Assembly (NCBI GenBank): GCA_965661455.1
Contig: CBFIDV010000013.1
Location: 2,413-66,412 of the forward strand
Source: Roseivirga sp.
GTDB taxonomy: Bacteria > Bacteroidota > Bacteroidia > Cytophagales > Cyclobacteriaceae
Reading direction: 5' to 3'
DNA: 64,000 nt
Part shown: positions 7,836-18,199 of the stretch, in pieces
Layout: each line of letters starts with the position of its first letter
Position numbering within the stretch: position 1 is the first letter of the stretch
Position numbers and translations under genes: made by a program
The notes under the pieces: generated by a model
Database searches by the model: none
What the model saw: the letters and a program-made list of their open reading frames with translations, nothing else
What the model was told of the DNA's origin: nothing

Positions 7836-8924
7836 TTAAATCTCTTCTTCCAATACTTCGATTTCTTCCTCTTCTATGTTTTGATTACTAATAGGAAGTT
7901 TAAAACTGAATATGGAGCCCTTCTTAACTGAGCTAGTTACTGAGATATTAGTGTTGTGAGCCTCGAGTATGTGTTTTACAATGGCCAGCCCGAGTCCAGT
8001 TCCGCCCTTTTCTTTAGATCTTGACTTCTCCACACGGAAGAAACGCTCGAAAATTCTGTTTAGTTGATCTGGAGGTATTCCAACCCCTGTATCTTTCACA
8101 TGTACCTTCACATTCTGACCAGATAGATTAAAACCCATGTCTATCTGTCCTTCATCGGTGTACTTAATAGAGTTAGACACTAAATTGGTCAACACCCTGT
8201 AAATCCTATCGGCATCAGCGTAGACAAAAATAGGGTCTTCGTAGGCTTCATCGATTTTCAGAACCAAGTCCTTCTTCTCGGCTTTGTTCTCCATCTGATC
8301 TATTACCTCCTTCGCTAAAGCCACCAAATCAAAATGCTCAAGATGCATTTTGGACTCCCCGGTTTCTATTTGTGAAAGCGTAAGTAAATCCTGAATCAAG
8401 AAATCGAGCTTATCTAAACTTTTTGCTGCCCGTTTTAAGAACTTACCTCTAACCTTTTTATCGTCCACCGCACCATCTAGTAGCGTGTGCACAAAACCCT
8501 GAGCAGCAAAAACGGGTGTTTTTAGCTCGTGACTTATATCTGCAAGAAATTCACGTCTAAAGGCCTCGAGCTTCTTTAGGTCTTCAATCTCTCTATTTCG
8601 TGTAACAGCAAAATTGTAAATTTCTCTATTTATTTTCTTTAATGGATTTGAGACTAGACTCTTATCTTCTTCTACCTCACCCTCAACAAATGAGAAATCC
8701 TTCTTCCTCATTTTATTCAGGAGCTTATAAATCTCACCTATCTCTTTAATTACGAGAAATTCGAATACTACATAAACTAAAAGATATGTAGCCGCAAAAG
8801 ACAAGAGCCCGGCAACTAGTAAAGCTTGATTAGGCACGTCAGGAACAAGCGTTAAAAAAGCTGTTGTCACAATGGCCACAACAGCTGCTAATATTAATGC
8901 TACACCCCTAGAATTAAAAAACAT
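7836..8924 (-). CDS. sensor histidine kinase
   Basis: Two N-terminal TM helices, H-box FLADISHELKTP, N-box LVSNSIKYT, and G-boxes DTGVGI and GGTGLGLAI. Confidence 0.9.
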   Translation of the reverse strand: MFFNSRGVALILAAVVAIVTTAFLTLVPDVPNQALLVAGLLSFAATYLLVYVVFEFLVIKEIGEIYKLLNKMRKKDFSFVEGEVEEDKSLVSNPLKKINREIYNFAVTRNREIEDLKKLEAFRREFLADISHELKTPVFAAQGFVHTLLDGAVDDKKVRGKFLKRAAKSLDKLDFLIQDLLTLSQIETGESKMHLEHFDLVALAKEVIDQMENKAEKKDLVLKIDEAYEDPIFVYADADRIYRVLTNLVSNSIKYTDEGQIDMGFNLSGQNVKVHVKDTGVGIPPDQLNRIFERFFRVEKSRSKEKGGTGLGLAIVKHILEAHNTNISVTSSVKKGSIFSFKLPISNQNIEEEEIEVLEEEI

Positions 8925-8927
8925 GTA

Positions 8928-9614
8928 TTATCCGTTTTCGAACTTATAGCCTACGCCTTTAACTGTAGAAATATAACCATCACCAATCTTCTCTCTTACC
9001 TTTCTAATATGCACATCTACCGTTCTTGCCAGAACATACACATCTGTCCCCCAAATATTCTGCAAGAGCTCATCTCTGCTGAATACTTTGTTAGAATTTT
9101 GAGCTAAGAAATAGAGAAGTTCGAACTCCTTTTTAGGTAGATTAAATTGTTCTCCTTTAGAAGAAACTGTGTAGCTAGATCGATCAATTGTTAAATCCCC
9201 AGCTACAATCTGTGGCTTTTTGGCATTCTTCTTTTCTTTTCTGAATAATGCACTAATTCTACTCATTAAAGCTCTTGGCTTAATGGGCTTGGTAATGTAA
9301 TCATCGGCACCAGCATCGAATGCTGCTACTTCTGAATACTCTTCTGCTCTAGCAGTCAAGAACGTAATATGGGCATCGGCCATCTCAGGGATCTCTCTGA
9401 TCTGACGACAAGTTTCAACCCCATCTTGTTGGGGCATCATAATATCGAGAAGAATTAAATCAGGATTGAATTTCTTTGCCAACTCAACGCCTTTAATACC
9501 GTCTTCAGCTGTTTCTACATCGTAGCCTTCTTTTTTCAGATTGTACTTGAGTAGCTCAAGAATATCTGGATCATCATCTACTACTAAAACTTTGTTGGTT
9601 TGCTTACTAGCCAT
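8928..9614 (-). CDS. response regulator transcription factor (OmpR/PhoB type)
   Basis: Receiver domain (VLVVDDDPD, LILLDIMMP, ITKP) plus a winged-helix C-terminus (LARTVDVHIRKVREKI, GVGYKF). Confidence 0.92.
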   Translation of the reverse strand: MASKQTNKVLVVDDDPDILELLKYNLKKEGYDVETAEDGIKGVELAKKFNPDLILLDIMMPQQDGVETCRQIREIPEMADAHITFLTARAEEYSEVAAFDAGADDYITKPIKPRALMSRISALFRKEKKNAKKPQIVAGDLTIDRSSYTVSSKGEQFNLPKKEFELLYFLAQNSNKVFSRDELLQNIWGTDVYVLARTVDVHIRKVREKIGDGYISTVKGVGYKFENG

Positions 9615-9667
9615 GTTATTTCATTAGGTAAACAAATATATGCTATTTCCTTTGATGCCCAACTGAT

Positions 9668-10495
9668 TTAATTCTCTACAATGGCCATAGGATGCAATAG
9701 GTTTTCGGCCTTCTTTAATTCAACGCTCAAATAACCCACATAGATCTTCGCTTGAAATTTTAAGGGTAGCTTATTCAGATCATCAGATATCCAAACTTTG
9801 AGTGTATTGTCCTCATCGAAGAGACTATCCTTCTTAATTATGGGCACCAAGACAATAGCCTTGACTTTACCGAATTTGGTTCGAAGAACTTCTCGCCCCG
9901 CAATCTTAATGTTAAAGGGTCTATACTCGTTGTCGTACCAAGCCGGCACACTTACAATATCTCCTATCTTGAGCTTAGAGAAATCTATGGAGCGCATATA
10001 ATAGTAGCCAGACACCATATCTTGGGCATTATCTGGGGTAGAATAATAATCAGTCTTTTCTAAAGAGCGTGTTTCTTTGTGTAGACGGTTGACCTGAACA
10101 GAATCCTTCTCTTGATCAAAATATAGGATCTCATTTTTTCTAAATCTTCCCTCTTTCAAATACCTGTAGAATTGATGAGGAGCTAAACGAGAGGTATCAT
10201 AATAAGAACCCCAATTATCTCTTACCGATGAAATCAGATCAAAGATTCCCGAAGTTCTAGCGAATACATCCATCTTATAGTTGGGTCTATTATTCACCGA
10301 ATAAATAACCTCACTCACCTCCATTTCAACTTCTGCTGCTTTTATAAAACCAATGCTCGCTTTCATCTCAAGCTTCTCTCCTGGCTTAAATGGCTTAGCG
10401 GTGGTTAACACGTGTGGTGTTATAATAAGGCTATCGGTTTGGGAATAAACCGTAGCACAAACGAAACTTAGAATACATGCGAAAATTAACTTCAT
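9668..10495 (-). CDS. DUF3108-like secreted protein
   Basis: Signal peptide. GEKLEMKASIGFIKAAEVEMEV and the overall layout resemble DUF3108; this is recognised from memory only. Confidence 0.6.
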   Translation of the reverse strand: MKLIFACILSFVCATVYSQTDSLIITPHVLTTAKPFKPGEKLEMKASIGFIKAAEVEMEVSEVIYSVNNRPNYKMDVFARTSGIFDLISSVRDNWGSYYDTSRLAPHQFYRYLKEGRFRKNEILYFDQEKDSVQVNRLHKETRSLEKTDYYSTPDNAQDMVSGYYYMRSIDFSKLKIGDIVSVPAWYDNEYRPFNIKIAGREVLRTKFGKVKAIVLVPIIKKDSLFDEDNTLKVWISDDLNKLPLKFQAKIYVGYLSVELKKAENLLHPMAIVEN

Positions 10496-10533
10496 GTTCT
10501 TATTTCTGATGGTATGGACAAAGGTCGTACCAA

Positions 10534-11571
10534 TTAAAATGAAGGGTATTTATTCTTAAGATAAGCCATGTAGGCCATAAGGTCTCCATTGAATTTTTTA
10601 GTAAGCTCCTCTTTCAAGAGTTCCTGCTGAGAATTATATCTCAAAAACGACATAAAGTACGTATTGTTGGGCCTATTTGTAGCGAATACCTCTTTATATC
10701 TATCCGACTGAAAATTCACCGTATCATAATTGATGATTATAGAATCTATAAAGGCAGTCTTTCCCTTTTTCTTTTCATAATAGGATTCACCCTCAAGTTC
10801 TTCATATAATTCTTCCAAACCTTTAGCGGCATTCAAGACATAGAACTTAAATTTCTCTTCATCTGCTATTTGAGCTTTGTAGGTAAGTACCTCTTCAGAA
10901 TCTTTCCCATACTTGTTTTCTAAGAACAGAACAGCTCCGGTATCCCCTATGAACGTAGCTAGATTCTCATTAAAAGTAACCGAGTCTTTTACGAATAAAG
11001 TACCGTGTGTAAGCTCGTGAATTATTAAGCTAGCCAAATCACCTTCCGAACGATTGAGCATATTCGAAAGTACTGGATCTTGAAACCAACCGAGCGTAGA
11101 CCAGCCACCAGCAGTTCTGAGTCCAACGTCTAGGCTATCTGGTAAGGCTCGCATTCTTTGCGCCTCTTCTATCGCCTTTTCTCTTACAAAGAACCCTTTG
11201 TAGGGAAAAGCACCAACTACAGGGAATTTCCAAGTTATGGGTGTAAATGAAAAGGGTTGACAGGCCGTTATTACATACATTGAAGGCTTACCCTCCTGAT
11301 CGAAAATCTTAGAGTAATTCTCTGAATAATTAATTCCCAACTCGTCAAAAGCAAATGCTTTTACCTCTTGAATAATGCGGACTTTAGATTTTTGCTCTTC
11401 TGTAGTTTCTTCCAACTCCAAAAATTCTTCCAGTGGCATGGCATTGTTTACCACCTTCAGCTGGCCCTTCAATTGCATCCATCCATAGGCAACGAGTTCT
11501 CGTTGCCAAATGGCCCCTACGACTAAAACAATTAGCAGGCCTAAGCCGATATATTTAAGTATTCTTTTCAA
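10534..11571 (-). CDS. predicted zinc aminopeptidase (PF10023-like)
   Basis: N-terminal TM anchor and zinc motif LIIHELTHGT. Confidence 0.7.
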   Translation of the reverse strand: MKRILKYIGLGLLIVLVVGAIWQRELVAYGWMQLKGQLKVVNNAMPLEEFLELEETTEEQKSKVRIIQEVKAFAFDELGINYSENYSKIFDQEGKPSMYVITACQPFSFTPITWKFPVVGAFPYKGFFVREKAIEEAQRMRALPDSLDVGLRTAGGWSTLGWFQDPVLSNMLNRSEGDLASLIIHELTHGTLFVKDSVTFNENLATFIGDTGAVLFLENKYGKDSEEVLTYKAQIADEEKFKFYVLNAAKGLEELYEELEGESYYEKKKGKTAFIDSIIINYDTVNFQSDRYKEVFATNRPNNTYFMSFLRYNSQQELLKEELTKKFNGDLMAYMAYLKNKYPSF

Positions 11572-11668
11572 ACTATTATCTTAAGAATTAGCTTTCAACT
11601 CTGGTTGTGAATTGCTGGATTTCGCCCTATCTTCACAAACTATTCAAAATCCAATTACCCCCATAAAT

Positions 11669-12685
11669 ATGAGCGAGAATACTGAAAAATTAAAAGCCCT
11701 TCAACTTACAATAGATAAACTTGAGAAAACATACGGCAAAGGTGCTGTAATGAAGTTGAGTGATGACAAGGTTGTGGATTTACCTTCTATCCCTACTGGA
11801 TCACTCGGACTAGATATTGCCTTAGGCATTGGTGGAATTCCTCGCGGTAGAGTAATTGAGATCTATGGACCTGAATCTTCAGGTAAAACAACATTAACCA
11901 TGCATTGTATTGCTGAGGCTCAGAAAAAAGGTGGATTAGCTGCTTTTATTGATGCAGAGCATGCATTTGACAAGGGCTACGCTGAAAAACTCGGTATTGA
12001 TACTGAAAACCTATTGATCTCTCAGCCTGATAACGGTGAACAAGCGCTTGAAATCGCTGAGCATCTAATTCGTTCAGGAGCTCTTGATATTATCGTAATT
12101 GACTCAGTTGCTGCGCTAGTACCTAAAGGAGAATTAGAAGGCGAAATGGGTGATAGCAAAATGGGACTTCAAGCAAGATTGATGTCTCAGGCACTTAGAA
12201 AACTAACAGGTACAATTAATAAAACTGGTTGCTCATGCATTTTCATTAACCAATTGAGAGAAAAGATTGGGGTGATGTTCGGGAATCCTGAAACTACTAC
12301 AGGTGGTAACGCACTTAAATTCTACTCTTCTGTAAGATTAGACATTAGAAGAATTGGCCAGATCAAAGAGAGTGCGGACAATGTTTTAGGTAACCGAACG
12401 AGAGTGAAAGTGGTAAAGAATAAAGTAGCGCCTCCATTCAAGGTAGTTGAATTCGACATTATGTATGGAAAAGGTATTTCTAAATCCGGTGAGATTTTGG
12501 ATTTGGGTGTTGAATTTGGTGTCGTTAAAAAGGCGGGCTCTTGGTTCTCTTACAATAATGAGAAACTTGGACAGGGAAGAGACTCAGTCAAGAATTTGAT
12601 TGAAGACAATCCTGAACTAGCTGAAGAGCTTGAGAATCAAATTAAGGCCATAATAAATGGAGATGTAAAAGAGGCTGCTCAGTAA
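11669..12685 (+). CDS. recA: recombinase RecA
   Basis: Start moved to ATG 11669 ([30 protein letters not shown]). It has Walker [10 protein letters not shown], then IDAEHA and VIDSVAAL. Confidence 0.97.
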   Translation: MSENTEKLKALQLTIDKLEKTYGKGAVMKLSDDKVVDLPSIPTGSLGLDIALGIGGIPRGRVIEIYGPESSGKTTLTMHCIAEAQKKGGLAAFIDAEHAFDKGYAEKLGIDTENLLISQPDNGEQALEIAEHLIRSGALDIIVIDSVAALVPKGELEGEMGDSKMGLQARLMSQALRKLTGTINKTGCSCIFINQLREKIGVMFGNPETTTGGNALKFYSSVRLDIRRIGQIKESADNVLGNRTRVKVVKNKVAPPFKVVEFDIMYGKGISKSGEILDLGVEFGVVKKAGSWFSYNNEKLGQGRDSVKNLIEDNPELAEELENQIKAIINGDVKEAAQ

Positions 12686-12708
12686 ACTACGTCTTGCTAA
12701 AGAAAATA

Positions 12709-12739
12709 AAGTCCTTGTTTCGAAACAGGGACTTATTTT
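12709..12739 (+). terminator. rho-independent terminator (recA)
   Basis: AAGTCCTTGTT-tcga-AACAGGGACTT followed by ATTTTG. Confidence 0.7.
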
Positions 12740-12759
12740 GTGCCTTAGTTTTCAAAATG

Positions 12760-12784
12760 CAAAAAAGCCCGAATCAATCGGGCT
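12760..12784 (-). terminator. rho-independent terminator (FtsX permease gene); T/A runs on both sides
   Basis: AGCCCGA-atcaa-TCGGGCT, flanked by AAAAAA upstream and CTTTTATTT downstream on the plus strand. Confidence 0.6.
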
Positions 12785-12826
12785 CTTTTATTTCTCGACC
12801 CCCATTCCAAAGGGAGAATAATTCTT

Positions 12827-14089
12827 TTATCCTGCTCTCATAGCATCTACAGGATCTAACCTTGCAGCCTTAGCTGAAGGAATAATTCCAGATGCTACAC
12901 CAATTACACTTGAGACGACTACTCCGAGTAAGACGTTCTTTAAGGACATGCTCACCTCTAAGGCACCAAAAGGTATAAAGGTACCCAAGTAAACCACCAG
13001 AATTCCGGCCCCTCCTCCTAGTAAACAGAGGAAAATGGATTCGAACAAGAATTGGAATAGAATAAAGTAATTCTTCGCTCCCAGAGACTTCTGTATACCA
13101 ATGAGTTTGGTACGCTCTTGTACCGAAACGAACATAATATTCATAATACCGAACCCGCCTACAAGAATAGCAAAACCACCGATTACCCAGCCAGCAATAC
13201 CTAGAACATCAAAAATACCTCCAAGGGCATCTACTAGTGCCTCTGGTCTATTCAATGCAAAATCAGACTCCTCTTTAGGTCTTAAACCACGGACTTTTCT
13301 GAGCATACCCTCCATTTCGTTCTGGAGCTCTACAAGCCCTATATCTTCTTCATAGCCTTTTACTGCTAAAGAAGGACTTATCCCAAATCTTCTACCGACA
13401 TAGTACATCTTAGTAAACATCTTGTAGGGTAGAAAAATCCGGTCATCAGTACTTGGAGTACCGATAAAACTCTCTCCCTCTTTAGACATTACGCCAATTA
13501 TCCTAAGCTTAAATCCACGGACTTTCAGGTCTTTACCAACCGCATCTTCATTAGGAAACAAAGAGGATGCTACTTCTGAACCTATAATGGCAACGGTTCT
13601 TCCTCCCTCTATTTCTTGTTGAGTGAAATATCTTCCTCGCTCAATATCTATTTCGTAAACGTCTTTGTAGTCATAGGTTACTCCCCAAACATCTGTACCA
13701 TTGAAGCTACTGCTACCTCTTTTAACCGTGGTATTTGCTCTTCCAACAATGGTTACGGCAGCTGCATTTTTTAAATTCGATTGAAAGTATTCAAACTCAG
13801 AATATCTATTATTCGGTCTTCGGAAGTATTTCCACCAAGGATAATCTGGATTTGGTCCGTCTCCGAATGGAAATTTATCGACCGTGACCACATCACTCCC
13901 CAAGAAGTTTAGCCCTTCCTTAATGTTACGTTCCAAGGAATCCACAAAAGTAAACACTGTGATAATCAGGAAGATACCGATAGTCACACCCAGTAAAGAC
14001 AGTGTAGTCCTGAGTAAATTTGAAGTCAATACTTGTACGGCAAAGCGAACGCTTTCTGCTACAAGTTTTAAGAAAATACCAAATTTCAT
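12827..14089 (-). CDS. ABC transporter permease (FtsX/MacB-type)
   Basis: 420 aa with an N-terminal TM, a large periplasmic domain, and a C-terminal FtsX-type TM bundle (IGIQKSLGAKNYFILFQFLFESIFLCLLGG). Confidence 0.85.
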   Translation of the reverse strand: MKFGIFLKLVAESVRFAVQVLTSNLLRTTLSLLGVTIGIFLIITVFTFVDSLERNIKEGLNFLGSDVVTVDKFPFGDGPNPDYPWWKYFRRPNNRYSEFEYFQSNLKNAAAVTIVGRANTTVKRGSSSFNGTDVWGVTYDYKDVYEIDIERGRYFTQQEIEGGRTVAIIGSEVASSLFPNEDAVGKDLKVRGFKLRIIGVMSKEGESFIGTPSTDDRIFLPYKMFTKMYYVGRRFGISPSLAVKGYEEDIGLVELQNEMEGMLRKVRGLRPKEESDFALNRPEALVDALGGIFDVLGIAGWVIGGFAILVGGFGIMNIMFVSVQERTKLIGIQKSLGAKNYFILFQFLFESIFLCLLGGGAGILVVYLGTFIPFGALEVSMSLKNVLLGVVVSSVIGVASGIIPSAKAARLDPVDAMRAG

Positions 14090-14283
14090 AAGTGGAAGAG
14101 CTTAAGCTATGTTATTTACGAACGTAAAGAATTCAAAAAAGTAAACAGGAGACAAAGCTATTTGGTTGAAAAAATGATTGCCCGCGTTAAAAGGAATGTG
14201 AATGGGTTGAACGGGGGAGCAAAAAATGATTCATCCAATTCTAATATGCAGACCTATACCTATGACACTCAAGCTTTTCTTCC

Positions 14284-14291
14284 TATCTTTG
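14284..14291 (+). promoter_or_regulatory. -7 box TATCTTTG upstream of queA
   Basis: Exact TAnnTTTG match 41 nt upstream of the queA ATG. No clean TTG at the expected -33 position. Confidence 0.3.
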
Positions 14292-14331
14292 CAAGCTATT
14301 TCTAAAACAGAACAAAAAAGCGCTTTCATAT

Positions 14332-15378
14332 ATGAAGTTATCAGCTTTCAAATTCGAGCTTCCCGAAGACAGAATTGCCAAATACCCAACTGAAAACAGA
14401 GATGAGTCTAGATTAATGGTTTTGCACCGCGAAACTGGAAAAATCGAGCACAAAGTTTTCAAAGACATTGTAGACTACTTTGACGAGGGTGATGTATTGG
14501 TAAACAACAATACCAAGGTATTTCCTGCACGACTTTACGGTCAGAAAGAAAAAACTGGAGCTCAAATTGAAGTTTTTCTTTTAAGAGAGCTTAACCCAGA
14601 AATGCACCTTTGGGACGTATTGGTTGACCCAGCTAGAAAAATTAGAGTGGGCAACAAGCTTTACTTTGGTGAAGGAGAATTAGTTGCTGAAGTAATAGAC
14701 AATACAACTTCTAGAGGTAGAACAATAAGGTTCTTGTTTGATGGAACTGATGAAGAATTTTACAAAACAGTGGATACGTTAGGTGAAACTCCATTACCGA
14801 GAACCATCCCTAGAGAAACTGAGCCAGAAGATAGAGAGCGTTTCCAAACTATATATGCCCAGCATGTAGGTGCCGTTGCTGCCCCAGTAGCAGGACTTCA
14901 CTTCACCATGCAGGTATTGAAGAGACTTGAAATCAAAGGCATAGATGTAACACCAATTACTTTACATATAGGATTAGGTACTTTCAGAAATGTTGAGGTT
15001 GAAGATTTAACTAAGCACAAAACAGATTCTGAGAATTACATGATTAATCAGGCAACTGCCGATATCGTAAACAAAGCATTGGATAGTAAGAAGAGGGTAT
15101 GCTCTGTTGGAACAACCTCCATGAGAGCCTTAGAGTCTTCTGTATCTGCTGGCGGTAGATTGAAAGCAAACGAAGCTTGGACAGACAAATTCATCTTCCC
15201 AGAATATGAATTCAAGATCTGTAACGCCATGGTTACTAACTTCCACTTACCAGGATCTACATTGCTTATGCAAGCAGCTGCTTTTGGTGGATATGACCTA
15301 GTTATGGAAGCCTACCAAACAGCTATCAAAGAGAAATATAGATTCTTCAGTTATGGTGATGCCATGCTGATTGTCTAA
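14332..15378 (+). CDS. queA: S-adenosylmethionine:tRNA ribosyltransferase-isomerase
   Basis: 348 aa with [31 protein letters not shown] and [10 protein letters not shown]. Confidence 0.95.
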   Translation: MKLSAFKFELPEDRIAKYPTENRDESRLMVLHRETGKIEHKVFKDIVDYFDEGDVLVNNNTKVFPARLYGQKEKTGAQIEVFLLRELNPEMHLWDVLVDPARKIRVGNKLYFGEGELVAEVIDNTTSRGRTIRFLFDGTDEEFYKTVDTLGETPLPRTIPRETEPEDRERFQTIYAQHVGAVAAPVAGLHFTMQVLKRLEIKGIDVTPITLHIGLGTFRNVEVEDLTKHKTDSENYMINQATADIVNKALDSKKRVCSVGTTSMRALESSVSAGGRLKANEAWTDKFIFPEYEFKICNAMVTNFHLPGSTLLMQAAAFGGYDLVMEAYQTAIKEKYRFFSYGDAMLIV

Positions 15379-15396
15379 GACGATAAAAACAATGAG

Positions 15397-15428
15397 AAAA
15401 GCCTCTTGAGAAATCTTGAGGCTTTTTT
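15397..15428 (+). terminator. rho-independent terminator (queA)
   Basis: AAAAGCCTC ... GAGGCTTTT stem running into TTTTTT. Confidence 0.65.
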
Positions 15429-15650
15429 ATTGGTATAAAATGAAGGCAAGACTTGCCAAATTCGCAATAAACAAACCACTTCTGAAAGTGCGTCTTTTTA
15501 GTATCCTCCACAAAAGACATTAATCCACTCACTCAAACCTCTACTAAATTCTTAATTACACGCCAACGCAATCGTTTGTTCTGAAAATATTAAAATCTGT
15601 AATACATCTCTTAAGTATTCACGGTATTTGAAAAAACAAATACTAAACGA

Positions 15651-16622
15651 ATGATCAACGCTTACATAAAAGGAACAGGCTCCTATGCGCCCAGCAATGT
15701 GGTCAAAAACGATTTCTTCCAGAAAGTAGGATCTAATGATGAATGGATCTTCAAAAACTTAGGAATAAGAGAAAGAAGAATTTCCGAAGGAGAGACTACA
15801 AGTGACTTAGCTTTTGAGGCTGGAAAAAGAGCCATAAAAGCCGCTGGTTTATCAGTGGAAAATATTCAGTTAATCATTCTCGCAACCGCTACAGCCGATA
15901 GGCAGGCCCCTTCTTGTGCCTGCTTTGTTCAGGAAAGACTAGAAGCTTTTAATGCGGTGGCATTCGACATATCGGCCGTATGCTCGGGAGCTTTGTTTGC
16001 AACGAGCACTGCTGTTCAATATGTACAGTCAGGTATGTATCAAAACGTACTGGTTATTGGTGCTGATACATTCTCTACCATTACCGATTGGTCAAGAAGA
16101 GACTCTGTCTTCTTTGGCGATGGTGCTGGTGCCTTGGTTATTAGTGCAACTACGGAAGACAAAGGATTCGTTGATTTTTCGCTTCATACCGATGGTAGAG
16201 GAAAAGAGCACTTTACTATATTTGCTGGCGGATCTGAAAAACCTGCCTCAAAAGAAACTGTAGACCAAGGACAACACTATTTTCAAATGAATGGACCCGA
16301 GGTCTTTAATACTGCAATTGACGTTGTACCCAAATCGATAGAAACCATACTCAGTAAAAATAAAATCTCAATTGATAAGATTAAATGGATGCTTCCACAT
16401 CAGCCGAGTGTTAGAATTTTAAAGGAGATCGCACAACGTGTCGGCTTACCTTTTGAGAAGGTGAAAACCAACATGGACCGCTTTGCAAATACATCAGGAG
16501 GAACCATCCCGATTGTTTTAGATGAAACGGTAAATGCAGGTGAAATTGAAGATGGTGACTTACTACTCTTCGCAGCTGTTGGTGCAGGCTGGACATGGGG
16601 AACCGCAATATATAAATGGTAA
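15651..16622 (+). CDS. 3-oxoacyl-ACP synthase III family (FabH-like)
   Basis: 323 aa. The catalytic triad contexts are present: AFDISAVCSG (Cys), MLPHQPSVRIL (His) and DRFANTSGGTIP (Asn). Confidence 0.85.
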   Translation: MINAYIKGTGSYAPSNVVKNDFFQKVGSNDEWIFKNLGIRERRISEGETTSDLAFEAGKRAIKAAGLSVENIQLIILATATADRQAPSCACFVQERLEAFNAVAFDISAVCSGALFATSTAVQYVQSGMYQNVLVIGADTFSTITDWSRRDSVFFGDGAGALVISATTEDKGFVDFSLHTDGRGKEHFTIFAGGSEKPASKETVDQGQHYFQMNGPEVFNTAIDVVPKSIETILSKNKISIDKIKWMLPHQPSVRILKEIAQRVGLPFEKVKTNMDRFANTSGGTIPIVLDETVNAGEIEDGDLLLFAAVGAGWTWGTAIYKW

Positions 16623-16623
16623 A

Positions 16624-17445
16624 ATGCTAGAAGGAAACTGCTTTTTAATAACAGGAATAGCCGATGAACACTCTTTGGCTATGTATACTGCCAAAGAAAT
16701 AATCGCTCAAAACGGTACTGTAATTTGTACTGGACTTGGTGCTACACCATATCACAATAACCTATCAGAAAAGGCTAAATCATTTCTTAACAATACATTC
16801 AATCAATTTGAAGATGCGGTTAAAAAGGAGCTACCTAATAGCTCCTATTTTGCAGTTGATGTCACATTAGATGAAAGCTTGGAAGACTTCGCCAAATCTT
16901 TAAAAGACCAAGGCATTAAAATCAATGGTTTTTTACACGCTATTGCCATGGATAAAACCATTAGACAAAAACAAGTGAAACCATTAATTGATGTGACTAG
17001 AGATGAATTTTGCGATACGATGGACGTATCTGCTTATTCTCTCATAAGGCTCACACATTTTTTAGTAAAGTATGATGTTCTTACCCCTGGATCATCAATT
17101 TGTTCGCTCAGCTACATAGCAGCTGAAAAAGTAACCTTTCACCCTTACAGGAATATTAGCATTGCTAAAGCAGCCTTAGAGCGTATCACCATAGAACTAG
17201 CTGACGAATTAGGCAAAAGGAACGGCACGAGGGTTAATGCTATTAGATTCTCTCCCTTTATGGGAAGTAAAGCAGGAAATGCCACGCTAACGGACAAAGA
17301 CATTGAAATCTCCAACAAAGTTAGTCCACTAGGCAATGCCCGGCCAGAAGACTTGGCCTATGAGATCGTCCATCTATTTAGACCCAAGAGCAGAATCACT
17401 GGAGAAATCCGTCATGTAGATGGTGGCTATCATATTATGGGTTAA
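16624..17445 (+). CDS. enoyl-ACP reductase-like SDR (FabI-like)
   Basis: Start moved to ATG 16624, one nt after the FabH-like stop (taaAATG). The N-terminus FLITGIADEHSLAMYTA is FabI-like, and SYIAAEKVTFHPYRNISIAKAALE carries the Y-x6-K motif. Confidence 0.75.
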   Translation: MLEGNCFLITGIADEHSLAMYTAKEIIAQNGTVICTGLGATPYHNNLSEKAKSFLNNTFNQFEDAVKKELPNSSYFAVDVTLDESLEDFAKSLKDQGIKINGFLHAIAMDKTIRQKQVKPLIDVTRDEFCDTMDVSAYSLIRLTHFLVKYDVLTPGSSICSLSYIAAEKVTFHPYRNISIAKAALERITIELADELGKRNGTRVNAIRFSPFMGSKAGNATLTDKDIEISNKVSPLGNARPEDLAYEIVHLFRPKSRITGEIRHVDGGYHIMG

Positions 17446-17485
17446 TTCATAATGCTGGGTAATTCACTTTCTTTAATTTTAAGTC

Positions 17486-18145
17486 ATGCAAAAGTATGCC
17501 GTTGTAGTAGCTGGAGGTTCTGGTACCCGAATGCAATCCTCTCTTCCAAAGCAGTTCATTGAGGTTCTCGGCCAGCCCATACTCATGCATACCTTGAAAG
17601 CATATGCCTTCGATGACATTGAAATTATCATTGTACTACCCGATTCCCAAATTGAATTTTGGAAAGAACTCTGCTCTAAATACAAATTCGAAGTACCACA
17701 TAAAGTAGTGAAAGGTGGTGAGACACGTTTTCATTCAGTAAGCAATGGATTGAATGCAATACCAGAAAATGGATTAGTAGCTATTCATGATGGCGTCCGT
17801 CCTCTCATCTCACGAAACATTATTAAAAAATCGTATTTAGTAGCGAAAGAGACTGGCAATGCGATAGTTTCGGTCGCCTTGAAAGATTCGATTCGAGAAT
17901 GTACCACTGCCCAAAACAAAATGGTGGACAGAAACAACTACAGATTGATTCAAACTCCACAAACCTTTCAGGTGAAACTTATCAAAGAAGCATTTAATAC
18001 AGAATACAAGAGTGGCTTTACAGATGATGCTTCCGTACTCGAAGCAATGGGAAAAACCATCAATCTGATAGATGGTGATTACAGAAATATCAAAATCACT
18101 ACCCCTGAAGATTTAAAAGTGGCAGAAGCATTCCTTCAAGACTAA
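17486..18145 (+). CDS. ispD: 2-C-methyl-D-erythritol 4-phosphate cytidylyltransferase
   Basis: 219 aa with VVVAGGSGTRM, HDGVRP and QTPQTF. Confidence 0.9.
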   Translation: MQKYAVVVAGGSGTRMQSSLPKQFIEVLGQPILMHTLKAYAFDDIEIIIVLPDSQIEFWKELCSKYKFEVPHKVVKGGETRFHSVSNGLNAIPENGLVAIHDGVRPLISRNIIKKSYLVAKETGNAIVSVALKDSIRECTTAQNKMVDRNNYRLIQTPQTFQVKLIKEAFNTEYKSGFTDDASVLEAMGKTINLIDGDYRNIKITTPEDLKVAEAFLQD

Positions 18146-18199
18146 TTCCATCTTGAATTAAATGAGATTTTACCTATCTTATTGATCCAACTTTTTGGA

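Noticed and set aside
11612-11668. N-terminal extensions proposed by the ORF track (recA 11612, FabI-like 16534, DUF1080 18182, M28 36311, yajC 46267, BNR protein 57463, htpG 60655)
   Set aside because: In each case an internal ATG gives the family-typical N-terminus or signal peptide, and the extension overlaps the upstream gene or a terminator.
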